Shown here one piece after another: positions 9,367 to 19,071 of a stretch of DNA of 64,000 nt; within the stretch, counting starts at the first letter, position 1, and each line of letters opens with the position of its first letter. The stretch lies in assembly GCA_001775095.1 (NCBI GenBank), contig MFCA01000022.1, positions 2,162 through 66,161 of the forward strand. Reading direction: 5' to 3'. A program made the translations under genes and the position numbers. The notes beneath the pieces are model-generated. The model made no database searches. It saw only the letters and a program-made list of their open reading frames with translations, and was not told the origin of the DNA. The DNA comes from Candidatus Curtissbacteria bacterium RIFOXYA1_FULL_41_14. Lineage in GTDB: Bacteria > Patescibacteriota > Microgenomatia > Curtissbacterales > GWA2-41-24.

Positions 9367-10451
9367 AACTTCAACATATTATTTTTATACTTTTTCTTAT
9401 TTTTCTTTTTATTCCCAGAAATGTAACTGCTCAAGAGAAGAAAATTTTCCTTTTTTGGGGACAGGGTTGTCCGCATTGCGCCCAAGTAAACCAGTATTTT
9501 GAAGAAAAAGGTTTTTACGATAAATATCCAATAGAAAAGAAAGAAATATATAACAATAAGCCGAATGCAAATTTGTTAAATGAGTATTTTGAAAAATATC
9601 AAGTGCCTTTGGAGAATAGAGGCGTCCCGGCTATTTTTATTGGGAAGAATTATCTAATTGGAGGTGCAGATATTCCAAACCAATTCGAATCTTTGGCAGA
9701 TGAGTTTATTAAAAACAGACCTGGCGAAACCAAATCGCAAACCTTTCCTACATTACCTACAACCTTACCAAGGATAAATCTTTTATTACCTGCAGTTATT
9801 GCCGGCGCATTAGCCGACAGTGTTAACCCTTGCGAATTTGCTGTTTTGATATTACTTTTAACAGCTATTTTAGCTTCAGGCTCATCAAAAAGAGCATTAA
9901 AGGCTGGGCTATTGTTTTCGTTGGCTATCTTTACTTCTTATCTTGCGATGGGCTTAGGGCTTTATAAAGCTTTGACTTGGGGTAATTTGCCAAGGATCTT
10001 TTTGGTATTTATCGGGTTTTTAGCGATTGTTTTAGGGCTTTTCAATCTAAAAGATTATTTTTGGTATGGGAAAGGTGGTTTTTTAATGGAAGTACCGATG
10101 AGCTGGCGGCCTCATCTTAAGACTATAATTTCGAGAGTGACAAGTCCAGGCGGCGCATTTTTCATTGGCTTTCTAGTTAGTTTGTTTTTGCTTCCATGTA
10201 CTAGCGGGCCGTACATCATAATTCTAGGTATGCTTTCCCAAAAAACCAATTTTACTCAGGCATTTGCTTACCTTGTTTTTTATAACATCATTTTTATCCT
10301 GCCGATGATATTCATTACCCTGGCTGTTTATAAGGGTTTTAGCCTAAAACAGGCGGAAGAATTCCGCCAAAAAAAGCTGCGCTTATTACATCTTATTATT
10401 GGTCTTTTATTAGTCGGTATGGGTGGCGTAGTTTTGGCCGGCTGGATTTAG
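9360..10451 (+). CDS. Glutaredoxin-like domain fused to CcdA/DsbD-type membrane domain
   Basis: CPHC; DSVNPC and LPCTSGPY transmembrane cysteines. Confidence 0.85.
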   Translation: MVKLQHIIFILFLIFLFIPRNVTAQEKKIFLFWGQGCPHCAQVNQYFEEKGFYDKYPIEKKEIYNNKPNANLLNEYFEKYQVPLENRGVPAIFIGKNYLIGGADIPNQFESLADEFIKNRPGETKSQTFPTLPTTLPRINLLLPAVIAGALADSVNPCEFAVLILLLTAILASGSSKRALKAGLLFSLAIFTSYLAMGLGLYKALTWGNLPRIFLVFIGFLAIVLGLFNLKDYFWYGKGGFLMEVPMSWRPHLKTIISRVTSPGGAFFIGFLVSLFLLPCTSGPYIIILGMLSQKTNFTQAFAYLVFYNIIFILPMIFITLAVYKGFSLKQAEEFRQKKLRLLHLIIGLLLVGMGGVVLAGWI

Positions 10452-10479
10452 GAAAGATTTGTATTAAAATTAACCAGCA

Positions 10480-10905
10480 ATGAAATTGACAAAGGTAAAT
10501 ATCTTAATTGTTACAGGGTTGATTTTGGTTTCCACACTTTTGGGAGGTTGTTCGACCGGGCAAAATCAGACCTTAGGTGCTCAAACAATCAAAGAATTGA
10601 ACCTCCAGGAAGCTGAAAATTTAATTAATAATGATGACAATTTAACGGTAATTGACGTGCGCACGTCTCAAGAATATACAAGCGGACACTTGCCTCAAGC
10701 AATTAATCTGGACTATAGATCTGGGACTTTCAATGACGAACTGGGAAAACTGGATAAGAACAAGGTTTACCTGGTTTATTGCCAAAGCGGCAATCGGAGT
10801 CAAAAAGCAGTCGATATTATGAAAGAGCTTGGATTTAAAGAAGTTTACAACCTTTCAGGCGGAATTACTCAATGGGGTGTCAACAGCTTGCCAATAGTGA
10901 AATAG
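10480..10905 (+). CDS. Rhodanese-domain lipoprotein
   Basis: LGGC lipobox; IDVRT, GHLPQA, YCQSGNRS. Confidence 0.9.
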   Translation: MKLTKVNILIVTGLILVSTLLGGCSTGQNQTLGAQTIKELNLQEAENLINNDDNLTVIDVRTSQEYTSGHLPQAINLDYRSGTFNDELGKLDKNKVYLVYCQSGNRSQKAVDIMKELGFKEVYNLSGGITQWGVNSLPIVK

Positions 10906-10912
10906 ACTACTG

Positions 10913-12082
10913 ATGGAGTTTCTCATCCTCTTAAGAAATCTGATTAACCGCTTTTTTTACAAAATTATTCTCAAGCAAATTTTTTTCAGAATCGATCCTG
11001 AAAACATGCACGATAGCATGGTTTCCTTTGGCGTTCTTTTGGGAAAGTATTGGTTAACTAGAAAAATTGTCGGGGCGTTTTTTTCTTATTCAAATAAAAC
11101 TTTGGAGCAAAAGATATTAGGGATTAAGTTTAAAAATCCCATTGGTCTTGGCGCTGGTTTTGATAAAGATGCGGTTCTAGTAGATATTTTGCCGTATGTT
11201 GGATTTGGTTTTGTTGAAGTTGGATCAATAACCGGAGAGCCTTGCAGTGGTAATCCGAGACCCAGGCTGTGGCGGTTGAAAAAATCCAAAGGTCTTGTCG
11301 TTAACTACGGATTGAAAAATGAAGGGTGTGAAAAAATTGCCAAACGACTCTTAGGGAAAAAATTTCAAGTTCCGGTTGGAATTAGTATTGCCAAAACAAA
11401 TAGTCCTAAAACCGTAAGTGATGACGCTGGAATTAACGACTACGTCAAAGCATTCGGTAAATTTGTCACAATAGGGGATTATTTTACAATTAATATCAGT
11501 TGCCCAAATGCCTTTGGCGGTCAGCCTTTTACTGATGCAAAACGACTAGATAAACTTATAGGAAAGATCGACAAAATTTCTACCAAAAAACCGATCTTTT
11601 TAAAAATCTCTCCTGATTTAACACATCGACAAGTTGATCGAATCATTGAGGTTTCTAAGCGTCATAAAGTAGACGGTTTTGTCTGCACGAATTTGACCAG
11701 TCAGCGGAACAACAAGAGGATAGTCGATAGACATGTTTCAAAAGAAGGCGGAATTAGCGGCAAAGTTGTAGAAGAGAAGGCTAATGATTTAATTTCCTAT
11801 ATTTACAAAAAAACGAAAGGTCGATACGTAATTATTGGTCTTGGCGGGGTTTTTAGCGCAGAGGACGCTTATAAAAAAATTAAACTAGGGGCGTCTCTAG
11901 TACAGTTGATTACCGGTATGATTTTTGAAGGTCCGCAGGTAATCAGTGAGATTAATCAGGGAGTGGTCAAGTTACTTAAAACAGACGGTCTCGAAAATGT
12001 TTCTCAAGCAATAGGGGTAGATAGACAGACAATTGACCCCACTTCGTCAAGTGAACTTGACTTCGAGGGGGCAAGCAGTTGA
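10913..12082 (+). CDS. pyrD: Dihydroorotate dehydrogenase (quinone, class 2)
   Basis: NPIGLGAGFDK, GNPRPRL, NISCPN, KISPD, GGISG; C-terminal tail comes from a repeat. Confidence 0.92.
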   Translation: MEFLILLRNLINRFFYKIILKQIFFRIDPENMHDSMVSFGVLLGKYWLTRKIVGAFFSYSNKTLEQKILGIKFKNPIGLGAGFDKDAVLVDILPYVGFGFVEVGSITGEPCSGNPRPRLWRLKKSKGLVVNYGLKNEGCEKIAKRLLGKKFQVPVGISIAKTNSPKTVSDDAGINDYVKAFGKFVTIGDYFTINISCPNAFGGQPFTDAKRLDKLIGKIDKISTKKPIFLKISPDLTHRQVDRIIEVSKRHKVDGFVCTNLTSQRNNKRIVDRHVSKEGGISGKVVEEKANDLISYIYKKTKGRYVIIGLGGVFSAEDAYKKIKLGASLVQLITGMIFEGPQVISEINQGVVKLLKTDGLENVSQAIGVDRQTIDPTSSSELDFEGASS

Positions 12083-12086
12083 CAAT
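12033..12086. repeat. Hairpin repeat family D, copy 1
   Basis: TTGACCCCACTTCGTCAAGTGAACTTGACTTCGAGGGGGCAAG; second copy at 28115-28190. Confidence 0.85.
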
Positions 12087-12093
12087 AAAATTA

Positions 12094-12903
12094 ATGCCCG
12101 ATTCTGAAGAACTCGACGAACTAAAGGAAACGCCAGGGGATCCAGCTGAGCCAGCGACAACGAAGGCGTCTCCTTTTTCACAAAAATCAAAGTCGCCGGA
12201 AGATCTTTTGGCTGAAGCTAAGATATTATCCAATTTATCAATCAGCTCACAAGAAGTAACTTCTCAGGGGAAAGAGGCATCTAGCTTTAATGGTTCCAAA
12301 TCTGGGGGAGGGGGCTTGGGGCAAGCAATGGGATTGTTTTTCGCAGCAGTTATTTTGATAATTATTTCAGGCACGGGTGGCTTTTATTTGGGTAAGAATT
12401 CATCTGTGCAAACAGTAAGTAATAATTCAGGAGTACCAGCAACTAATGAGCCTGCTGGGAGTTTGCAAAGTGCAGCTGAACCCACGCCAACACCATTGCT
12501 TGAGCAGCCGGACGCTATAGGAGATGAGGTTAAACTTGCTAGCGGTTTGACCTTAATTTTAGAGAGAGCATGGATTGACAGTGCTTATAGTAAGAGCAAA
12601 ACAGCATTACCAACAGAAGCACAGGTTAATGTTGAAGTGACTTTTACCAATAACGAATCAGTGGCGATGTCGTACACTCCATCGCTATTTTTGCTTAAGG
12701 ATTCAAAGAATTTAGAGTACAAGCCAGTTGCTGGTACTTCGGGGGAGTATAAGCCTTTAGTGTTGGGGTCACTTTTGCCCGAAGGATCTGTCAAAGGTGG
12801 AATCTCTTTTATCGTACCAAAAGGAGAGAAAGCTTTTAGATTGATTTATGAAGATGCAGAAGTGATTTTTAGTCTTTCCACACAAATTAACACCTCAAAC
12901 TAA
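12094..12903 (+). CDS. DUF4352-like membrane-anchored protein
   Basis: Single TM, then V.VTFTN...FLLKD...L.PEGSVKGGISF.VPK. Confidence 0.7.
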   Translation: MPDSEELDELKETPGDPAEPATTKASPFSQKSKSPEDLLAEAKILSNLSISSQEVTSQGKEASSFNGSKSGGGGLGQAMGLFFAAVILIIISGTGGFYLGKNSSVQTVSNNSGVPATNEPAGSLQSAAEPTPTPLLEQPDAIGDEVKLASGLTLILERAWIDSAYSKSKTALPTEAQVNVEVTFTNNESVAMSYTPSLFLLKDSKNLEYKPVAGTSGEYKPLVLGSLLPEGSVKGGISFIVPKGEKAFRLIYEDAEVIFSLSTQINTSN

Positions 12904-13589
12904 AAAGTAAGATTTGTTGCTTTTTCAATAGCCACAATTGACGATTCTTCCTCAATTTTTTGGAGTTTATTGATAGTTATTGAATGTTTGTTAAAGGTGA
13001 GAACCTTCTCTTTTTGGAGTTTTTCGAGCGCCAGACTTGTCGTTTCCCGGCTCAGATTAGCAAGGGAAGCCAGGATTCGGTGAGTAAGGGGCAACCGAAT
13101 AACCAAATCACCATTTGTTTCTTTTCTGCCAAAACGCCGTCCTAGAACTAAAAGAACCGATATCAATTTCCCACGGGCATTTTCGGTCAGTAAGGCTTGG
13201 GTTAATCTAACAATTCCATCCAAGCCAATGTATGTACGTTTAGTTAAAGCGAAGAGTAATTTCGGATTGTTTTTGACCAGTTCCAATAGTTTTTCGCGGG
13301 GTGCTGTATAAACCACTGTGTCTGTTAAGCTTTCGAAAAAATAGAAGTTGGGTAGATTGCCGATAGCCCAGATCATCGGGAAATAAGTACCAGGTTTATA
13401 TATGTTGAAGGTAATTTCCCGGCCAGTTAGCGCAATTAAGTAAAGCCTAACGAAACCCTTTTTAAGAAAATATACTTCTTTTGGCTCTTCTTGCGCCCTC
13501 AGAATCATCTCGCCCTTTTTATAGGCTTGGGCCCGATTAAACTGAATAAAAAACTGCTCGTCTAGTTTAAAATATGTGTTTTTTTGCAA
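12900..13589 (-). CDS. Crp/Fnr family transcriptional regulator
   Basis: cNMP-binding fold plus LTHRILASLANLSRETTS HTH. Confidence 0.92.
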   Translation of the reverse strand: MQKNTYFKLDEQFFIQFNRAQAYKKGEMILRAQEEPKEVYFLKKGFVRLYLIALTGREITFNIYKPGTYFPMIWAIGNLPNFYFFESLTDTVVYTAPREKLLELVKNNPKLLFALTKRTYIGLDGIVRLTQALLTENARGKLISVLLVLGRRFGRKETNGDLVIRLPLTHRILASLANLSRETTSLALEKLQKEKVLTFNKHSITINKLQKIEEESSIVAIEKATNLTF

Positions 13590-13620
13590 GGGGGTAGTAT
13601 ATCACAGTTAAGCTGGACTT

Positions 13621-13659
13621 TGTGACCTGGCTCACAAAAGTTTTGTAAGCCAGGTTACT
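13621..13659. promoter_or_regulatory. Tandem CRP-like boxes
   Basis: TGTGA-cctggc-TCACA (13621-13636) and TGTAA-gccagg-TTACT (13644-13659), next to the Crp/Fnr gene. Confidence 0.75.
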
Positions 13660-13889
13660 GATTTTAAATTTTACACGAAGTAAAGTTCAAGACTTACATG
13701 ACTTTCGAAAAATTTATTATTTTCATTAGGAGCCCGCCTAGAGAAGAAAACAGATATGAAATCAATTAGCAAATTATTAAAAGGACAATCAAGGTTACTG
13801 GCAAGGAAATTAATTTTTGAATTTAAATTGTATTGGGATTTTGTTAAAAGTGTTTGATTAAAAGTTATTTCAGGGAAGGGGGTGAGAAA

Positions 13890-14081
13890 GTGAGTAATAA
13901 AAAAGGAGCCATATCTCATTTAAAGGATCATCAAATGTATCCGGCAACGAGGGATGATTTGATAGCCGAATGTAACGGTTTGTCCGATTTTTCCAAAGAG
14001 GATAAGATGTGGTTTGAGGAGCATTTACCGGAAGGAAATTATGCTTCGGCTAATCAAGTTATAAGCGCGCTGGGTTTGTAG
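13890..14081 (+). CDS. Small DUF2795-like protein
   Basis: HLKDHQMYPATRDDLI...LPEGNYASANQVISALGL; SD before GTG. Confidence 0.65.
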   Translation: MSNKKGAISHLKDHQMYPATRDDLIAECNGLSDFSKEDKMWFEEHLPEGNYASANQVISALGL

Positions 14082-14127
14082 ACAATTTTAAAATAAGGGA
14101 CGAGTCAAACGAAGATCCTGCGACAAC

Positions 14128-15240
14128 TTAACCTGTCTGCGGGATCTTAATTTTTTCTGCGCTTTCGGTATAGCCCTTTTCTACTAGAACCTTTTTGACT
14201 TCTTCAATAAAAACAGGAAATATTTCTTTTTCCGGAATTGTTCGAAGTAGTTTGCCCTTTTTGAATATTGCGCCTTGTTTCTTACCGCCGCAGATGCCGA
14301 TATCGGCAAAACTGGCTTCTCCAGGGCCGTTAACTACACATCCCATGACGGCCACTTGAATCGGCGCATTTATTTTTGAAAGAATCTTTTCAACCTTTTT
14401 GGCAAGACTAATTAAATCAATTTCTGTTCGGCCGCAAGTCGGACAGGAAATAATCTCTACTCCTTTTTGGCGAAGCTTTAAGGATTTAAGAATGTTCCAG
14501 GCTATTTTTACTTGAGACTGCGGACTATCACTCACGGAAACTCGGATCGTATCGCCAATTCCTTCCGCCAGGATAGAACCAATTCCAACCGCGCTCTTGA
14601 CGGCGCCGGCGATTGATGGTCCCGATTCGGTAATTCCAACATGCAAAGGATAGTCAAAACGCTTTGCAAAGGATAGATAGGCTTGCCTAGTTACAACATT
14701 ATCCGAACCCTTTAAGGAAACTACAATATTTTCGAATTTAAGGTCTTCCAGGATCTTGATATGGCGTGTGGCTGATTCAACCATAACTCGCGCAATGCCG
14801 AATTTGCCATATTTTGCCCAGAGATCCTTTTCCAAAGACCCCATGTTGACACCGATTCTTATGGGTACATTTTTCTCTTTACATACCTTGACGACGGCTT
14901 TGACATTATCGATGCTGCCGATGTTCCCGGGATTAATTCTGACTTTGTCTATTCCTTGTTTTATCACTTCAAGTGCCAGAAGATATTGAAAATGGATATC
15001 AGCAACAAGGGGGATATTAATTTGTTTTTTGATTTTTCCGATCGCTTTTGCCGATTCCATATCCGGGACTGCCACTCTGATAATCTCGCAGTCTATCTTT
15101 TCAAGATCAAGAATTTGCCCGACAGTTGATCTAACATCTGCAGTTTTTGTCTGAGTCATTGACTGGACAAGCACAGGATTACCGGCACCGATTGTGACTT
15201 TGCCAATTTTTACCGGTCTGGTTTTATCGCGCGTATACAT
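14128..15240 (-). CDS. ispG: HMBPP synthase
   Basis: VQSMT, PLVADIHF, RINPGNIG, GIGDTIRVS, SCPTCGR, MGCVVNGPGE. Confidence 0.97.
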   Translation of the reverse strand: MYTRDKTRPVKIGKVTIGAGNPVLVQSMTQTKTADVRSTVGQILDLEKIDCEIIRVAVPDMESAKAIGKIKKQINIPLVADIHFQYLLALEVIKQGIDKVRINPGNIGSIDNVKAVVKVCKEKNVPIRIGVNMGSLEKDLWAKYGKFGIARVMVESATRHIKILEDLKFENIVVSLKGSDNVVTRQAYLSFAKRFDYPLHVGITESGPSIAGAVKSAVGIGSILAEGIGDTIRVSVSDSPQSQVKIAWNILKSLKLRQKGVEIISCPTCGRTEIDLISLAKKVEKILSKINAPIQVAVMGCVVNGPGEASFADIGICGGKKQGAIFKKGKLLRTIPEKEIFPVFIEEVKKVLVEKGYTESAEKIKIPQTG

Positions 15241-16109
15241 TAACTTATTGGTTTTGTGATTATAACTTGTTTGTATTTATTTTTTAATTTTTGTTTTGCA
15301 CTTTGAGCTGCCTGTTCGTTATCAAAGAAGCCTACAACCGAGAGTCCTGCTCCGGCAAGAAGTGATCTTCGTGCACCCGCATTTGTTAAATCATCTTTGA
15401 TTTTTTTTGTAACTGGATAAAATGAAAAAACTAAATCTTCAAAATCATTGTGAAGATTTTCAAAAATTGCCTCTCTATTATTTTCTCGAATTGCGTTTTT
15501 TAAAAGAGAGAGTTTTTGAATATTTTGGCCGATTTTTTTAATGTTTAAGTGATCATACATCCAAGCACTGGAAGGTTTTTTATCCTTTGGTTCGACGATA
15601 AGCATCTTAAAATCGGGCAATCTAAAGGGGAAGGGGATTATTCTGTACTTGTTATCTTCCCCCTCGAATTGAGAAAGTTTGCCATAGTAAGAATAGAAAA
15701 AGTCCTGTCCTAACTTACTCGTTAATTCTTCTAACTTTTTTTCGTTGATCTTTAATTTCCAAAGTTTCAGAAGCCCCTTTACAGTTGCAGCCGCATCAGT
15801 TGATCCACCGCCAAAGCCGGCCTTAATCGGAATTCTCTTTTTCAGTGTTATTTTTGCGCCCAGATTTTGATCAGATGCCATTTTTTTCAGAAGTAATGCA
15901 GCTCTTTCTACCAGGTTGTTGTTTCTCTTAGGAACGTTTTTATCGTCGCAAAAAAAAACAACATGTTCCTTTTGACTTTCAAAAAGAATCTCATCTTTTA
16001 AATCCAATTGGCAATTTAAAAATCTAATAGGGAAAAAACCGTTTTTGGATTTTTTTGGGATGATATGCAAATTTAAATTAAGCTTTGCAAATGCATCTTC
16101 TTTAATCAT
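15240..16109 (-). CDS. ispE: CDP-ME kinase
   Basis: AKLNLNL, NLVERAA, KRIPIKAGFGGGSTDAAA. Confidence 0.92.
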   Translation of the reverse strand: MIKEDAFAKLNLNLHIIPKKSKNGFFPIRFLNCQLDLKDEILFESQKEHVVFFCDDKNVPKRNNNLVERAALLLKKMASDQNLGAKITLKKRIPIKAGFGGGSTDAAATVKGLLKLWKLKINEKKLEELTSKLGQDFFYSYYGKLSQFEGEDNKYRIIPFPFRLPDFKMLIVEPKDKKPSSAWMYDHLNIKKIGQNIQKLSLLKNAIRENNREAIFENLHNDFEDLVFSFYPVTKKIKDDLTNAGARRSLLAGAGLSVVGFFDNEQAAQSAKQKLKNKYKQVIITKPIS

Positions 16110-16596
16110 TCTTTGAAATGAGAACCTCGGAAATTGCTTGGATACCTTTCCCTTGACCGAAAGGGGTTAGATTTTCGCCGGAGGTAAAAGTTATTCCTAC
16201 TTGTTCTGTTTTGATCTTCAAGAGACTGGCGATTTTTGCCTTTATTTTTTTGATAGTCTCAAGATCAAGACGCGGTTTTTTAGCCTCAACACAGATTGAC
16301 ACGTTCTCAACTTTATATTTATTTCCTTCAACTTGTTTGAGAATATGTTCAACGTATTTTGCGCTGTCTATTATTCCGTTTTGACACATTTTATCTGACC
16401 AGGTGGATAGTGAATCTCCACCAACTGCAGAACTTAGAGCATTACATAAACTGTGCAAAATCACGTCGGTGTCTGAATTTCCTGACAGGCCGTTGCTTTG
16501 ATTGACCTTGACTCCACCTAAAATTAGCGGCTTATTTCCGCCGGCCGGCGGATTTAAAAATGCATGAGAATCCTGGCCCAGTCCTATTCTGTACAT
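16102..16596 (-). CDS. ispF: MECDP synthase
   Basis: RIGLGQDSH, LILGGV, SD.DVILH; in-frame PPAGG palindrome insertion. Confidence 0.92.
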   Translation of the reverse strand: MYRIGLGQDSHAFLNPPAGGNKPLILGGVKVNQSNGLSGNSDTDVILHSLCNALSSAVGGDSLSTWSDKMCQNGIIDSAKYVEHILKQVEGNKYKVENVSICVEAKKPRLDLETIKKIKAKIASLLKIKTEQVGITFTSGENLTPFGQGKGIQAISEVLISKND

Positions 16597-16607
16597 AATG
16601 CAGTTTG

Positions 16608-16679
16608 TGTCATTCCGAACTTGTTTCGGAATCTAATAATCTAAGATTAATTAGATCCTGAAATAAATTCAGGATGACA
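16608..16679. repeat. GTCATTCCGAACTTGTTTCGGAATCT...AGATCCTGAAATAAATTCAGGATGAC composite hairpin repeat
   Basis: Two hairpin arms enclosed by GTCAT/ATGAC ends. Confidence 0.8.
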
Positions 16680-16680
16680 A

Positions 16681-17391
16681 TTAGTGTTTCACTTTTGAAG
16701 TGCGAAGCTTACGCACAATTTGTTCTGCAATCAACAAGTCTTGCGGGAAAGTTATTTTGAAATTCTGAAGTGAACAGGGAACAATTCTCACTTTAACACC
16801 TATTCTTTCAAGAAGTTGTGCGTCGTCCGTTCCGACAAAGTTTTGACCAGCGGCTCTTGCATGCGCCTTCCATAAATTTTTGAATGTTGACACCTGAGGT
16901 GTTTGGGCATACCAACATTTTTCCCGCAAAGGGGTTTCGGCTACGAATTCATCTTTTCCGACGATTTTGACAGTGTCTTTTGCTGGATAAGCTAAAAGAC
17001 TCGCGCCCCATTTTTTGGCAGCTCCGTAGACCTTTCCAATTTCATCTTGAGTAACAAACGGATTAACAGCGTTATGGATTCCTACCAAATCGTTATTTTT
17101 CATTCTGGTTTTCAGAAGTTTCAAAACTTCGAAGGTCGAGTTTTGACGACTGTCTTTGGCATCAACAACATCTTTTACCTTTTTCAATTTATATTTGGCA
17201 AGGATTGTTTTGATTTTTTTTAGGTCTTCTTTTCTTGCTGAGATAACGATATTATCAATGGTCTTACTTTTCTCAAATGGCTTGAGTGTCCAGTAGAGAA
17301 GAGGAAATCTGTTGAGTCCGGCAAAAATTTTATTGAATTTTAAGTTTAACCTTTGCCCTTTACCTCCGGCAACAACAATTAACCAATTCAT
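16681..17391 (-). CDS. ispD: MEP cytidylyltransferase
   Basis: AGGKGQR, RQNS, DTVK, QTPQ, TDDA, NFKITFPQDL. Confidence 0.93.
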   Translation of the reverse strand: MNWLIVVAGGKGQRLNLKFNKIFAGLNRFPLLYWTLKPFEKSKTIDNIVISARKEDLKKIKTILAKYKLKKVKDVVDAKDSRQNSTFEVLKLLKTRMKNNDLVGIHNAVNPFVTQDEIGKVYGAAKKWGASLLAYPAKDTVKIVGKDEFVAETPLREKCWYAQTPQVSTFKNLWKAHARAAGQNFVGTDDAQLLERIGVKVRIVPCSLQNFKITFPQDLLIAEQIVRKLRTSKVKH

Positions 17392-17457
17392 CTAAAAAGT
17401 AAGGTCAAGTTTATCATAAGTCTTGCCAGTGGGACCAGTTTAGTCCTATATTGTTCT

Positions 17458-18333
17458 TTGAAGAAACATAGTTATGGCTATATGAGTTCTACTCAAATAG
17501 AAAGACCAGGGTATCGGGGATTTTATGAATTACGGAAAGAGGGTAAGCCAATCCCGTGCGCTGATGTAAGGAATTGGGTTATCCAATTTTCTTTGCGAGA
17601 AGGGGATAGGGATCTAAGGTTGCAGAGTAGAAGACAGCTATTACGGGATTTTTTGAATGGGTTTCAAGAACACGTGCTTTTTGAAGATGACGATATTTTA
17701 ATTATCAATAAGCCAGCCGGAATTATTTCACATTGCTCATCTACACAGCCAATTGGTGTAGAAGAAATTGCCCAATACCTTCGCGGAGAAGAAATAGCTT
17801 TGGTTCATAGGCTTGATATTGAGACAAGCGGCGTATTGGCTTTAGCAAAAGGCGAAGAAGCGTTTTTTGGTTTGGTTCGCCAGTTTCGTTCTAAGAGGAA
17901 TCGTTGCATAGAAAAGAAGTATCTTGCAATTGTTGAAGGAGAATTTCCATCTATGCGTCAATTTTATGTGCGAACCGCTTTAGCCCCAGACGGATGGAAA
18001 ATGAAAGTTGTAAGGCCTGGTAACCGTGAGTCGGGAGTTGTTGAATCTACTACCTATTTTAAACCGATGGTTGCTTTCGACAGAGAAGATGGTGGAAGGA
18101 GGAGTCTTGTCGAAGTACAGACATTCACCGGCAAGAAACATCAGATAAGAGTTGTATGTGCGCAATGTTTAGCTCATCCGGTTGTGGGAGATTATCTTTA
18201 CGATCCCAACTATACTAGAGACCTTAGAGTTATGCTTCATGCCCATTTATTAGGTTTCAGTCATCCAAGGAATGGTAGACGTCTTTTTTTTAGTGCTCCT
18301 GTTCCAGAAGATTTTCTTTCTCTTATAAAATAA
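17458..18333 (+). CDS. RluA-family pseudouridine synthase (divergent); start uncertain
   Basis: INKPAG, VHRLD.ETSG, TGKKHQIR, HPVVGD. Confidence 0.88.
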   Translation: MKKHSYGYMSSTQIERPGYRGFYELRKEGKPIPCADVRNWVIQFSLREGDRDLRLQSRRQLLRDFLNGFQEHVLFEDDDILIINKPAGIISHCSSTQPIGVEEIAQYLRGEEIALVHRLDIETSGVLALAKGEEAFFGLVRQFRSKRNRCIEKKYLAIVEGEFPSMRQFYVRTALAPDGWKMKVVRPGNRESGVVESTTYFKPMVAFDREDGGRRSLVEVQTFTGKKHQIRVVCAQCLAHPVVGDYLYDPNYTRDLRVMLHAHLLGFSHPRNGRRLFFSAPVPEDFLSLIK

Positions 18334-18343
18334 TTTGGTACAA

Positions 18344-18358
18344 CGAGGTCGGACCTGG
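18344..18358. repeat. AGGTCGGACCT palindrome family
   Basis: Related to 95-115, 46097-46111 and 51649-51663. Confidence 0.55.
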
Positions 18359-18450
18359 TAAGTGGAATTCGGGAAAGCCCCTCTAAAAAGATCGAAAATT
18401 TCTTAAAAGGTTCTTTCGGTAATGTAGTAAGCGGATTGATATAATGAGTT

Positions 18451-18780
18451 GTGATTTTAATACTTTTGAAAAAGGCCACAGATGAGGAAGTTAAAAAAGT
18501 TGCCCAAGATCTCGACGGTTATATAAAATTTGTGGTTAATATAAAACAGGAAATTTTGGCGGCTGGCGGGAAGTTGCACTCGGATGGCGAAAAGTTACTT
18601 CTCGGGCAGGGAAGCAGACAAGAAGATTTGTGGGGTGGAGGATTAGATTTGGAAACAGATGAAATTGATTTTGATTCGATGATTAATTTAAGACCTGGTC
18701 AGGGGAATCCGAGCAGAGAAGTTTTGTCGGCCGAAATTAGAAAAAAGATTGAGGGAATTGTTAGGCGGATACTGGGATGA
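18451..18780 (+). CDS. DUF5674-like protein
   Basis: YIKFVV...GGKLHSDGEKLLL..GS.QEDLWGG...DSMINLRP. Confidence 0.8.
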   Translation: MILILLKKATDEEVKKVAQDLDGYIKFVVNIKQEILAAGGKLHSDGEKLLLGQGSRQEDLWGGGLDLETDEIDFDSMINLRPGQGNPSREVLSAEIRKKIEGIVRRILG

Positions 18781-19058
18781 ACGCGCATGATCTGATCTTA
18801 AATATTGCTGTAAATTTAGGAAGGATGGGCAGATGGGTTGCCGACGGAAAGACTGGACGAGTCAAGCAATTTATGACTGAAACAGAAGGTTTTCTAGATC
18901 AGCTTAGCAAAGCGGAGAAGAGCACAAGGTTCGAAAAGACATTTAGATTATTTGAGAAAAGCTTTGAGAATTTAAAGAAAAGAAAGATGGACGATAATTG
19001 GGCAGAGGAGATTTTCACTTGGGCAAATATCTTAGTCCACCGCGCAAAACTGGCTTGA
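18777..19058 (+). CDS. Hypothetical helical protein coupled to the DUF5674 gene
   Basis: ATGA overlap; WAEEIFTWANIL. Confidence 0.7.
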   Translation: MNAHDLILNIAVNLGRMGRWVADGKTGRVKQFMTETEGFLDQLSKAEKSTRFEKTFRLFEKSFENLKKRKMDDNWAEEIFTWANILVHRAKLA

Positions 19059-19071
19059 GATTTTGTTTGGA

